A stretch of 64,000 nucleotides of DNA from an uncultured Methanosarcinales archaeon (GTDB taxonomy: Archaea > Nanobdellota > Nanobdellia > Woesearchaeales > JAGVZT01): contig CAYHAM010000001.1 in the NCBI GenBank assembly GCA_964354685.1, positions 110,958-174,957 on the forward strand, given 5' to 3'. A program made the translations under genes and the position numbers. The notes under the pieces are model-generated. The model made no database searches. It was not told where the DNA came from and saw only the letters and a program-made list of their open reading frames with translations. Below are positions 20,353 through 29,093 of the stretch, piece after piece (position 1 is the stretch's first letter; every line of letters begins with the position of its first letter).

Positions 20353-20571
20353 ATGGGGCAAAGAGACATAATCGACTTTTTGAAAAGGTCCAGGAGCAAA
20401 TGGTTTAATGCTAGTGAGATTGCCTCTAAACTAAATCTATCAGTTGGCTCTGTTCTTGCATGTCTTCGCAGGCTAAGAAAATCAAAACTTATTGATTTCA
20501 AAAGCCAGATGACAAAAGCAGGTATGGTCTACAAGAATGTTTTTGTTTATAAATTTAGAAAACCAAAATAA
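20353..20571 (+). CDS. Small winged-HTH protein
   Basis: ASEIASKLNLSVGSVLACLRRLRK HTH pattern; TATA (TTTATAAA) about 25 nt upstream. Confidence 0.7.
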   Translation: MGQRDIIDFLKRSRSKWFNASEIASKLNLSVGSVLACLRRLRKSKLIDFKSQMTKAGMVYKNVFVYKFRKPK

Positions 20572-20610
20572 TCGAAAGTATTATATAAAAGCTAAAAAAG
20601 TATAGCCCCC

Positions 20611-21558
20611 ATGTTAATTGCCAACATCATCCTATTTGTAATAGCTTGTTCTGTGCTTGTAAAAAGTAGTGGTCTTCTAGTTAGATCTTTATCAAAAATT
20701 GCTCACCACTTATCTATAAATGAGTTTGCAATCGGATTTATTATAATGGCTGTTTCAACATCACTTCCAGAATTGTTTGTAGGAATTACATCTGCTATTG
20801 AAAAAAATCCCTCACTTTTACTTGGTACAGTTATTGGCTCAAACATCCTTGATTTAACACTCATCATAGGAATTGTTACTCTGCTCTCAAGAGGGGTTAA
20901 AATAAAAAGCAAAATAATCAAAAAAGATATCTTATACATGATGGGTTTTGTGCTCTTACCTCTGCTTTTAATGCTTGATAAGAAGGTATCAAGATTAGAT
21001 GGCTTGATACTGATTGTTGCTTTTGTTGCTTACATCTGGCAACTCACAAGGCAGGAGAGAAAGTTTAAAAAGTTAGAGGACCATGTTAATAAGAAAGAGG
21101 CAGCATTCTATATGCTATTAACATTGATAGGTATAATCATACTTCTGGTTAGTGCAAACTTTGTTGTCAAATTTGCAACCTTACTCTCAATAGACTTAAT
21201 GTTGCCCCCTATATTCATAGGCCTATTTGTTGTATCACTTGGCACAAGCCTTCCAGAGTTAATTTTTGAAACAAAGTCTGTAATCTCAAAGCATGAGGAG
21301 CTTGCTATTGGAGACTTAATTGGAAGCGTGGTAACAAATTCAACCCTTGTGCTTGGTCTAACAGCATTGATATTTCCTATATCTGCAGACATATTTTTGT
21401 TTTTTACAAGTTCAATATTTATGGTGCTCATCGCATTTATATTCATGACCTTTGCAGAATCTGATAAAGGCATTAGCTGGAAGGAGGGCGTATCTTTGAT
21501 ATTATTGTACATATTCTTTGTTGTTATTGAATCTTATATAAGAATGTTAATCGGTTAA
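20611..21558 (+). CDS. Na+/Ca2+ (CaCA, YrbG-like) antiporter
   Basis: Duplicated alpha repeats STSLPEL/GTSLPEL and GSNILD/GSVVTN; ~10 TM. Confidence 0.92.
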   Translation: MLIANIILFVIACSVLVKSSGLLVRSLSKIAHHLSINEFAIGFIIMAVSTSLPELFVGITSAIEKNPSLLLGTVIGSNILDLTLIIGIVTLLSRGVKIKSKIIKKDILYMMGFVLLPLLLMLDKKVSRLDGLILIVAFVAYIWQLTRQERKFKKLEDHVNKKEAAFYMLLTLIGIIILLVSANFVVKFATLLSIDLMLPPIFIGLFVVSLGTSLPELIFETKSVISKHEELAIGDLIGSVVTNSTLVLGLTALIFPISADIFLFFTSSIFMVLIAFIFMTFAESDKGISWKEGVSLILLYIFFVVIESYIRMLIG

Positions 21559-21559
21559 A

Positions 21560-23395
21560 ATGAAAAATAAAACAAAACATGAGGTTGAAAAACTTGTACC
21601 AGATACTTCTGTTATAGTAGAGGGACTGCTATCCAAAAAGATTGGGAAAGGGGAGATTGTACCCTTAACCATAATTATACACGAAGCAGTTATTGCAGAG
21701 CTTGAGCACATGGCAAACCTCAACAAAGCAATAGGCCTTCTTGGCTTAGACGAGATTGATAAACTAAATAAATTGTCAAAGGATCTAAACTTTAAGATCG
21801 TGTTTTCTGGAAAAAAGCCTAGTGCAGCAGAAATCAAGTATGCAAAGCTTGGAGAAATTGATTCACTGATTCGCGACCTGGCTTATGATGAAGACGCGAC
21901 CCTGTTTACAGCAGACAAAGTTCAATCAAGGATTGCCGAGGCGAAGAAAATGAAATGCATCTTTGTTGAGCTAGAACAAATATTAAGAAAGATCAAGCTC
22001 GAGAGCTACTTTGATGAAACAACAATGTCTGTCCACTTGAGAGAGAAGGTCTATCCCTTTGCAAAAAAAGGCTATCCTGGAAACTGGAAGTTTGTCAAGA
22101 TCAGTGCTAAGGAACTATCCAGAGAGGATATACAAGAAATATCAAGAGAGATAATGGAAGAAACAAATATAAGAAAGGATGCCTTTGTTGAGATTGAAAG
22201 AGCTGGCTCAACAATTGTTCAGCTGGGAAGTTATAGAATTGTGATGACAAGGCCACCATTCTCAGATGGCTGGGAAATAACTGCTGTAAAACCAGTAAAA
22301 AGACTTAATTTAGATGACTACAAACTCACTGAAAAACTATTCAAAAGAATAAGTGAGCAAGCAGAAGGCATACTAATAGCAGGTGCTCCTGGAATGGGTA
22401 AATCAACATTTGCCCAGGCATTGGCAGAGTTCTATGCTGCCAAGGATAAGATTGTAAAAACAATAGAAGCACCCCGTGATTTAATCTTGGCAGACAACAT
22501 AACCCAGTATGCAATAAGCCATGGAACACCACAAGAGATACATGATATCTTGCTTTTGTCAAGACCAGACTATACAATATTTGATGAGATGCGAAACACT
22601 GCTGACTTTAGGCTCTTTGCAGACCTGCGCTTAGCTGGAATAGGCTTGGCAGGAGTTGTGCATGCAACCAATCCAATAGATGCTATCCAAAGATTTGTTG
22701 GGAGAATCGAGCTAGGGGTAATTCCACAGATTATTGATACAGTTATATTCATAAAAAATGGTTTTGTTGACAAGGTACTTAGCTTAAACATGACTGTAAA
22801 GGTTCCTTCTGGCATGACAGAGGCTGACTTGGCAAGGCCAGTAGTTGTTGTAACAGATTTTGAAACAAAGCGCTTGGAATACGAATTATACAGCTATGGG
22901 GAAGAAACAGTTGTTATTCCTGTCATGGGCAAAAAGGATGAAGGCCCAGCAAGAAAGATAGCTGCCAATGCTATTCAAAACGAGTTTAGAAAATACTCTG
23001 ACCAAGTCAAGGTAGATGTTGTTTCTGACCACAAGTGTGTTGTTTATGTTCCTGCTGAGAAAATATCAAAAATAATTGGAAAGCAAGGCAAGAACATAGA
23101 TATGATAGAAAAAGAGCTGGGCATAGGCATAGATGTGAAAGAGCTAACAGACAAAGAGCTTGTAGGAAAAGAGCTGGCATTTGACACAACTATTACAAGA
23201 AAGCACATTGCATTATACCTTGATGAACTATTTGTTGGAAAAAACATTGACATATTTGTAGAAGGGGATTATCTGATGAGCGCCAATATTGGAAAAAAGG
23301 GAGTTGTCAAAGTCCACAAGAAAACAAAGATAGCTCGCATATTGCAAGATGCAATAAACATGAAGGAAGAGATTAAGGTAACGCTGAAGGATTGA
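21560..23395 (+). CDS. PINA-type ATPase (PIN + VirB11-like ATPase + KH)
   Basis: VPDTSVIV PIN, GAPGMGKST Walker A, DEMR, KH motif IIGKQGKNI. Confidence 0.9.
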   Translation: MKNKTKHEVEKLVPDTSVIVEGLLSKKIGKGEIVPLTIIIHEAVIAELEHMANLNKAIGLLGLDEIDKLNKLSKDLNFKIVFSGKKPSAAEIKYAKLGEIDSLIRDLAYDEDATLFTADKVQSRIAEAKKMKCIFVELEQILRKIKLESYFDETTMSVHLREKVYPFAKKGYPGNWKFVKISAKELSREDIQEISREIMEETNIRKDAFVEIERAGSTIVQLGSYRIVMTRPPFSDGWEITAVKPVKRLNLDDYKLTEKLFKRISEQAEGILIAGAPGMGKSTFAQALAEFYAAKDKIVKTIEAPRDLILADNITQYAISHGTPQEIHDILLLSRPDYTIFDEMRNTADFRLFADLRLAGIGLAGVVHATNPIDAIQRFVGRIELGVIPQIIDTVIFIKNGFVDKVLSLNMTVKVPSGMTEADLARPVVVVTDFETKRLEYELYSYGEETVVIPVMGKKDEGPARKIAANAIQNEFRKYSDQVKVDVVSDHKCVVYVPAEKISKIIGKQGKNIDMIEKELGIGIDVKELTDKELVGKELAFDTTITRKHIALYLDELFVGKNIDIFVEGDYLMSANIGKKGVVKVHKKTKIARILQDAINMKEEIKVTLKD

Positions 23396-23439
23396 ATAGA
23401 GTGAGAAGATAGAGAGTTGATTATATAATTATGACCAAA

Positions 23440-23895
23440 TTAATTATATTTTGTTATGGTAAATATTCCTAAAACAAAATTAGTTAAAGCTAGAAATAAA
23501 GTTATTATGTAACTGATATCCCTAATTGGTTCCCAAATTGTATCCCTAGCTTTCAGATCGTTTATTTGGTTGGCCAGATTAACTACATCCAAATTAAGTT
23601 TCTTCTGTTCAGAATTAAGTTTACTTATGTTACTTTTAAGAACATCTTCGCCGCCATATAAATCATATTCCTCCGGATATGGGATTACCTGAAGATATGT
23701 TGATAGTTGAACTTGATTTCTGACGAACTCTAACAATCTGTTGTTCTGTTGAACTAGTAAATCATCTAAATTATTCTCATATTCGGATACCTTGTACTCT
23801 GAGAATAAAGTAAAAATAGTTAATAAAGCGATTAACATTGAAATTAATGTTATAACAAAATTAATTCTTTTTTTGGTTAACATATTTAATAACAA
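23440..23895 (-). CDS. Hypothetical membrane protein (two TM flanking a coiled coil)
   Basis: 151-aa ORF filling the gap between PINA and cdc6; TM at both ends; very AT-rich. Confidence 0.55.
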   Translation of the reverse strand: MLLNMLTKKRINFVITLISMLIALLTIFTLFSEYKVSEYENNLDDLLVQQNNRLLEFVRNQVQLSTYLQVIPYPEEYDLYGGEDVLKSNISKLNSEQKKLNLDVVNLANQINDLKARDTIWEPIRDISYIITLFLALTNFVLGIFTITKYN

Positions 23896-24008
23896 AATGA
23901 TTCTACATTTAATAATATTTCCTTTTAAAAAGTCCTGGAAATGTCTTGCTTATGTTTAAAGCTCCTCAAATCAAAAACCTTAAAAACCCACGCCCCTTTA
24001 TTCTATCC

Positions 24009-25091
24009 ATGGGGATTTTCAAAGACATGCTAGGAGCAGGTGAAACCCTTTTCAAGAATCCTGTTGCCCTGGATTATGATTATGTGCCAAAGCTAATCCC
24101 ATACAGAGAAAACGAGCAATTCAGAATCGCAAACTGCATAAAACCATTGTTCCAAAGAAGAAACGGCAGAAATCTATTAATTTATGGCAAGCCTGGTGTT
24201 GGAAAAACAGTTGCATGCAAGCATGTGCTTAAGGAGTTAGAAGAAGGGCCAGAAGAAGCAGAAGAAATAACACCAATATACATAAACTGCTGGCAAAGAA
24301 ATACAACATTTAAGATTTTGCTTGAGATGTGTGATGTGCTAGGCTACAAGCTGACCCACAACAAAAAAACAGATGAATTGTTAGCAGTGGTTGTAAAAAA
24401 CTTAAACAAGGGTTCAGCAGTTTTGGTATTTGATGAAATAGACAAGATTGATGACTATGATTTTTTGTACCACTTTTTAGAGCAAATATATAGAAAGTGT
24501 ATTATCTTAATAACAAACTACAAAGAATGGGTAATTGAGCTTGATGATAGGGTTAAGTCAAGGCTTTTGCCGGAAATGCTTGAGTTCAAGCCATACAACC
24601 TATCTGAAACAAAAGGCATACTAAAACAAAGAGCTGATTCTGCTTTTTATGAGGGAGTTCTAGATGATACAGCATTTGAACTAATAACAAAAAAAACATA
24701 TGAGCTGCAAGACATAAGAAGCGGATTATACCTCCTAAGAGAGGCAGGCAATGCAGCAGAAGACAAATCATCAAGGAAAATAAGTTTAGAGCATGCAAAA
24801 ACTGCAATTGAGAAACTAGACAAGTTCAAAATAAAAAAAAGCACAGAACTAGAAGATGAAACAAAAACAATCCTAGAACTAGTAAAACAAAACTCTGGCA
24901 AAAGAATAGGAGACATCTTCAAAATTTATCAAGACAAAGGAGGCAAGCTTGTTTACAAGAGCTTCCAAAGAAAGATCAATAAGCTATACCAAGGCAATTA
25001 TATTGAGGTAGCAAAAACAAAAGGAGGCAAGCTTGGCAACACCTCAATAATAAAATACTCAAAAGACGTAAAAAAGCTAACAGACTTTTAA
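24009..25091 (+). CDS. cdc6: Orc1/Cdc6 family replication initiation ATPase
   Basis: LDYDYVPKLIPYRE, GKPGVGKT, YINC, LVFDEID, LDDRVKSRL, FKPY, DIR. Start at ATG 24009. Confidence 0.9.
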   Translation: MGIFKDMLGAGETLFKNPVALDYDYVPKLIPYRENEQFRIANCIKPLFQRRNGRNLLIYGKPGVGKTVACKHVLKELEEGPEEAEEITPIYINCWQRNTTFKILLEMCDVLGYKLTHNKKTDELLAVVVKNLNKGSAVLVFDEIDKIDDYDFLYHFLEQIYRKCIILITNYKEWVIELDDRVKSRLLPEMLEFKPYNLSETKGILKQRADSAFYEGVLDDTAFELITKKTYELQDIRSGLYLLREAGNAAEDKSSRKISLEHAKTAIEKLDKFKIKKSTELEDETKTILELVKQNSGKRIGDIFKIYQDKGGKLVYKSFQRKINKLYQGNYIEVAKTKGGKLGNTSIIKYSKDVKKLTDF

Positions 25092-25360
25092 GGCCTTATA
25101 TAGAAATTGTCAAACTCTTTCTCAGGCTTTCCATATTCTATTTCAATATCCTTAACATGTGCCATTAATGGGCCTTTTCTACACTCTGCTATTAGTTTCT
25201 TCAAATCCTCCTCCTGGCCCTCTGCAACAACCTCAACTGTTTCATCAGGCAAGTTTCTAACAAACCCTTTCAATCTAAGCTTTCTAGCAGCCTTCATAGC
25301 AAACTCCCTATAGAAAACACCTTGCACTTTGCCTTTAATAATTAGATGAACCTGCTTCAC
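25088..25360 (-). CDS. acyP: Acylphosphatase
   Basis: GKVQGVFYR and GFVRNLPDETVEVVAEG. GTG start at 25360. Confidence 0.92.
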   Translation of the reverse strand: MKQVHLIIKGKVQGVFYREFAMKAARKLRLKGFVRNLPDETVEVVAEGQEEDLKKLIAECRKGPLMAHVKDIEIEYGKPEKEFDNFYIRP

Positions 25361-25478
25361 AATACCAATATTTGTTCTTGTATATTTTAATTTTACGAAT
25401 ATTTCACTGGACACTGGACATCCTCAAGTGAGCTATTTAAACAAAAAACCCCTCTTTAAAACCAAAGAGGTGATGTTT

Positions 25479-25577
25479 ATGGATACAAACCAGAAAGCAA
25501 TACAAGAGCTGTTCTTTGTTCAGGTCAGGGCCATGACATTAAATGCCCATAAAAAAAGAGGTGATATCCATGGATGA
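25479..25577 (+). CDS. Unannotated 32-aa micro-ORF
   Basis: GAGGTGA RBS at 25467-25473; MDTNQKAIQELFFVQVRAMTLNAHKKRGDIHG; overlaps the next micro-ORF. Confidence 0.35.
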   Translation: MDTNQKAIQELFFVQVRAMTLNAHKKRGDIHG

Positions 25578-25677
25578 GGATATATACACAGAGGATGGAA
25601 TTGAGGAGATGTTTGATGATGACAGCCTGGCAGCAGAGGAGTATGGCTTCATGCTAGGCTATATACAAGCAGAATAA
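25570..25677 (+). CDS. Unannotated 35-aa highly acidic microprotein
   Basis: GAGGTGA RBS at 25558-25564; MDEDIYTEDGIEEMFDDDSLAAEEYGFMLGYIQAE. Confidence 0.65.
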   Translation: MDEDIYTEDGIEEMFDDDSLAAEEYGFMLGYIQAE

Positions 25678-25819
25678 TATGTTTGATATTGAATACAAAA
25701 CCTGGCCAGAATACTCAAAACTAGTTGAATTCTTACGCTTATTCTATATACAGCAAAGTATTAGAAAGCAAAACCTAAAGCAGTAAGTTTTTTAAATCAC
25801 CCCTTTTTCCCATTCCTAT

Positions 25820-26392
25820 ATGAGAGTATTAACAAAAGATGAACTTTTGCTTGACAAAGCGAAGTCTATATCACGAATAAGAAAAGGCGCAATATTTATC
25901 CACCCCACAGATACCATATATGGTATAGGTTGTAGTGTTCTGAGCTCACAAGCAGTAAACAAGGTGAGAGAAATAAAACAACGCAGATTCATGCCCTTTT
26001 CCATACTTGTACCTTCTAAAGAATGGATTTATGAAAATTGTAATACAGATGATAAAGTGGAGGAATGGATAAAAAAACTCCCAGGACCTTACACTTTAAT
26101 ACTTACCCTAAAAAATAAAAGCGCAATTGTTCCTGAGGTTAACAACAGCTTAAGAACAGTTGGTGTCAGGATCCCAGACCATTGGTTTAGTGACTTTGTC
26201 AAAGAGCTTGGCTTTCCAATAATAACAACAAGCGCGAACATTGTTGGGGAAAACTTTATGACATCATTAGAAAACTTAGATGATAGAATCAAAAGCAAGT
26301 TAAATTTTATAATATATGAAGATGAGAAAAAAGGCAGGCCATCAACAATAGTTGACCTCTCAAAAAAAGAGCCCAAAATAACAAAGAGATAA
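25820..26392 (+). CDS. tsaC: Threonylcarbamoyl-AMP synthase (YrdC/TsaC domain)
   Basis: PTDTIYGIG, IKQR, LPGPYTLIL, VGVRIP, TTSAN, PSTIVD. Confidence 0.92.
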   Translation: MRVLTKDELLLDKAKSISRIRKGAIFIHPTDTIYGIGCSVLSSQAVNKVREIKQRRFMPFSILVPSKEWIYENCNTDDKVEEWIKKLPGPYTLILTLKNKSAIVPEVNNSLRTVGVRIPDHWFSDFVKELGFPIITTSANIVGENFMTSLENLDDRIKSKLNFIIYEDEKKGRPSTIVDLSKKEPKITKR

Positions 26393-26427
26393 AAAGATTT
26401 TTAAAATATACACCCTTTCTATTTAAT

Positions 26428-27030
26428 ATGAGGATACTTGCATTTGGAGACATCCACGGTGATTCAAGGCTAGCAGAAAGACTGGCGGAAAGAGCAGAAA
26501 AAGAAAAGGTTGACCTAGTTGTACTATGCGGGGATATAACCTATGCTGATAGGTCAACTGCAAATTTGGTTGGACCATTCATCAAAAAAAAGAAGAAGGT
26601 TGTGCTCATCCCAGGCAACCATGAAAGTGTTGCAACTGCTGATTTCTTAGCACAGCTATATGGCGCAACAAACCTGCATGGTTATTCAATAACTGCTGGT
26701 GATATTGGATTCTTTGGTTGCGGTGGTGCAAACATAGGAGTAAATCAGATTGAAGAAAAAGAGATTTTTGATCTACTAAAAAAAGGATTTGAAGGGATTA
26801 AAAAATCAAAAAAGAAGATAATGATAACCCATGTACACCCAGAAGGAACTTTGATGGAAAAGTTCACCAGTTTTTTTCCAGGCTCATCTGGTATAAGAAA
26901 GGCAGTAGAAAAATTCAAGCCAGACATATTACTCTGTTCACATGTTCATGAGGCAGAAGGCTTAGAAGAGAGAATAGGAAAAACAAAAGTGATAAATGTT
27001 GGTAGAGAAGGAAAGATAATAGATCTATAA
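26428..27030 (+). CDS. Metallophosphoesterase (Icc-like)
   Basis: GDIHG, CGD, PGNHE, THVHP, CSHVHE. Confidence 0.88.
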   Translation: MRILAFGDIHGDSRLAERLAERAEKEKVDLVVLCGDITYADRSTANLVGPFIKKKKKVVLIPGNHESVATADFLAQLYGATNLHGYSITAGDIGFFGCGGANIGVNQIEEKEIFDLLKKGFEGIKKSKKKIMITHVHPEGTLMEKFTSFFPGSSGIRKAVEKFKPDILLCSHVHEAEGLEERIGKTKVINVGREGKIIDL

Positions 27031-27034
27031 TTTT

Positions 27035-28492
27035 CTACCCCTTAATACTAATCATAGGCTTTACCATAACAACCCTTTTTGCAATATTGGCATTGTGCAT
27101 AACATCAACAACCTGCTCAACTGCTTTGTAAGCTCCAGGAGCCTCTTCTGCAACACCAGCCAAGCTATGGCCTTTGATGATTATTCCTCTTTTTGCAAGC
27201 TCTTGCACAACACCTTCTCCTCTCCATTGCCTCTTTGCTTGGTTACGGGACATAATTCTTCCAGCACCATGGATAGCACTACCAAAAGTCTCTTCCATGC
27301 CCAGCTTTGTCCCATGTAAAATATAAGACTGAGTTCCCATTGTGCCACCTACTAAAACAGGTTGTCCTATGCTTCTATATGCTTTTGGGACCTCATCTCT
27401 ATCAGGACCAAACGCCCTTGTTGAACCTTTTCTATGAACAAGCAACTGCTTAATCTTTCCATCAACATCATGCTTCTCAAGCTTCACATTGTTGTGGCCA
27501 ATCTCATAAAAGGTTTTTATCTCCTCTGGCTTGACATTAATAACCTTGAAAGCCCTTCTTGTTAGATGTGCTATTGCCTGTCTATTTGCAAATGCACAGT
27601 TTATTCCTGCATTCACCGCAGAAAAATATCTCTCTCCTTCTGGGCTTTTTATTGGGGCACAAACAAGCTCACGCTCTCTTATTGGGATCCCATACTTCCT
27701 GCTTGCAGCCTCTAATGTTTTTAAATAATCTGTCCCTATCTGATGCCCAAGAGCCCTTGATCCACAATGGATGCTCACCAAAACCTGATCCTTAAACAAT
27801 CCGTAAGCTTTTGCAGCATTCTCATCAAAAACCTCTGCAACATACTGCACTTCTAGGTAATGGTTTCCACTGCCCAAAGTACCAATTTGTCTGAACTCTC
27901 TTTGCTTTGCATTTATGCTAACACTCTCAGGGTTTGAATTATCAACCCTTCCATTCTCTTCAATATACTCTAAATCCTCTTTAAAACCATATCCTCGCTC
28001 AATTGCAAACTCAGCACCCCTTATCAAAACATCATCAATCTCCTTTAGATCAAGCCTTATATCTCCTTTTGAACCAAGCCCAGCAGGAACTGTTTTGAAA
28101 AGGGAATCTGCCAGTTGGTTTTTAACCTTCTCAACCTCTTTTTTTGTTAGCTGTGTTTTTAGTGTTCTAACCCCGCAATTTATATCAAAACCAACGCCTG
28201 CCACACTAATAACACCATCATCCAGATTAAATGCCCCAATTCCGCCTATTGGAAAGCCATAGCCTGGATGAATATCAGCCATTGCTAAGGAATACTTTTG
28301 TATTCCAGGCAAACAAGCAACATTCTTTATCTGTTTGAGCGCATTCCACTCCTTATCCAACCTTATATCCTCTAACAAATGGTCAATTATTGCCTTATCC
28401 CCATAGATCCTACCACTAACTATCATCTCTCCACTCTTTGGAATCTCCCAAACATAATCTTTTACCTTTTTAACATCAATCTTCTCAACCAT
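27035..28492 (-). CDS. rtcB: tRNA-splicing/RNA repair ligase RtcB
   Basis: DIHPGYGFPIGG, GFDINCGVR, GTLGSGNHYLE, HCGSR, HN, HRKG, HGAGR, EEAPGAYK. Confidence 0.97.
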   Translation of the reverse strand: MVEKIDVKKVKDYVWEIPKSGEMIVSGRIYGDKAIIDHLLEDIRLDKEWNALKQIKNVACLPGIQKYSLAMADIHPGYGFPIGGIGAFNLDDGVISVAGVGFDINCGVRTLKTQLTKKEVEKVKNQLADSLFKTVPAGLGSKGDIRLDLKEIDDVLIRGAEFAIERGYGFKEDLEYIEENGRVDNSNPESVSINAKQREFRQIGTLGSGNHYLEVQYVAEVFDENAAKAYGLFKDQVLVSIHCGSRALGHQIGTDYLKTLEAASRKYGIPIRERELVCAPIKSPEGERYFSAVNAGINCAFANRQAIAHLTRRAFKVINVKPEEIKTFYEIGHNNVKLEKHDVDGKIKQLLVHRKGSTRAFGPDRDEVPKAYRSIGQPVLVGGTMGTQSYILHGTKLGMEETFGSAIHGAGRIMSRNQAKRQWRGEGVVQELAKRGIIIKGHSLAGVAEEAPGAYKAVEQVVDVMHNANIAKRVVMVKPMISIKG

Positions 28493-28501
28493 TTTTTTCA
28501 C

Positions 28502-28927
28502 CTAAATGTCTAGAACGCATTGGATATAATGCTTACCTTCCTTTATACCATACTTTAAACCAGAATAGGTTGCACCCTTTACCTCGGTCTTTATCTCATG
28601 TTTGTTTACATCAATGTCCTCACCAATTGCAAAACCCTTCAAAGAATAACCGCCAGGTTCCTCGTTTATGTACTCTATTTCAAACTCTGAAAAAAACAAA
28701 TCATTCAAATCCTTTTGGGTTAAGAGTTCATTCAACCACTCAACAAACAAAGCAGGTATGTCCAATGCGCTACACTCTATTTCAACCCTTTTATTTGGTT
28801 TGATTTTTTCTATATTGACCATAACATTAAACATTGCCTTTGCACCATCAGTAAAAGCACCTTTCAAACTAGTACCCCATGCAGCAATTCCTATATCTGC
28901 TTCGTGATCAAGATATTTATACCCCAT
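28502..28927 (-). CDS. Archease
   Basis: YKYLDHEAD...EVKGATY...VLDI; immediately upstream of rtcB. Confidence 0.95.
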   Translation of the reverse strand: MGYKYLDHEADIGIAAWGTSLKGAFTDGAKAMFNVMVNIEKIKPNKRVEIECSALDIPALFVEWLNELLTQKDLNDLFFSEFEIEYINEEPGGYSLKGFAIGEDIDVNKHEIKTEVKGATYSGLKYGIKEGKHYIQCVLDI

Positions 28928-29093
28928 AAAGGTTATTAACAACATGCACTTTATATAATTTATGGTGAACAGAAAATATTTAGCCTCAAATTTATTTTAA
29001 TTAATATAGTTTAAACTACATAAATATTTATAAACATCCAGAAAGTCTAGACCAATAAAGCAATTACATTCCTTCTGAGTTTACCACCCTCAA

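Noticed and set aside
23896-24008. Replication origin (ORB elements) beside cdc6
   Set aside because: Only a weak TCCTGGAAAT similarity; no repeated ORBs with G-strings, and the intergenic gap is short.
27035-28492. Inteins in RtcB (also checked Cdc6 and the RNRs)
   Set aside because: Protein lengths and motif spacing are normal, with no C...HN-C/S/T insertions.
28946-29093. Cobalamin riboswitch or NrdR box upstream of the RNR operon
   Set aside because: The region is short and AT-rich; no B12-box or recognisable NrdR palindrome was seen.
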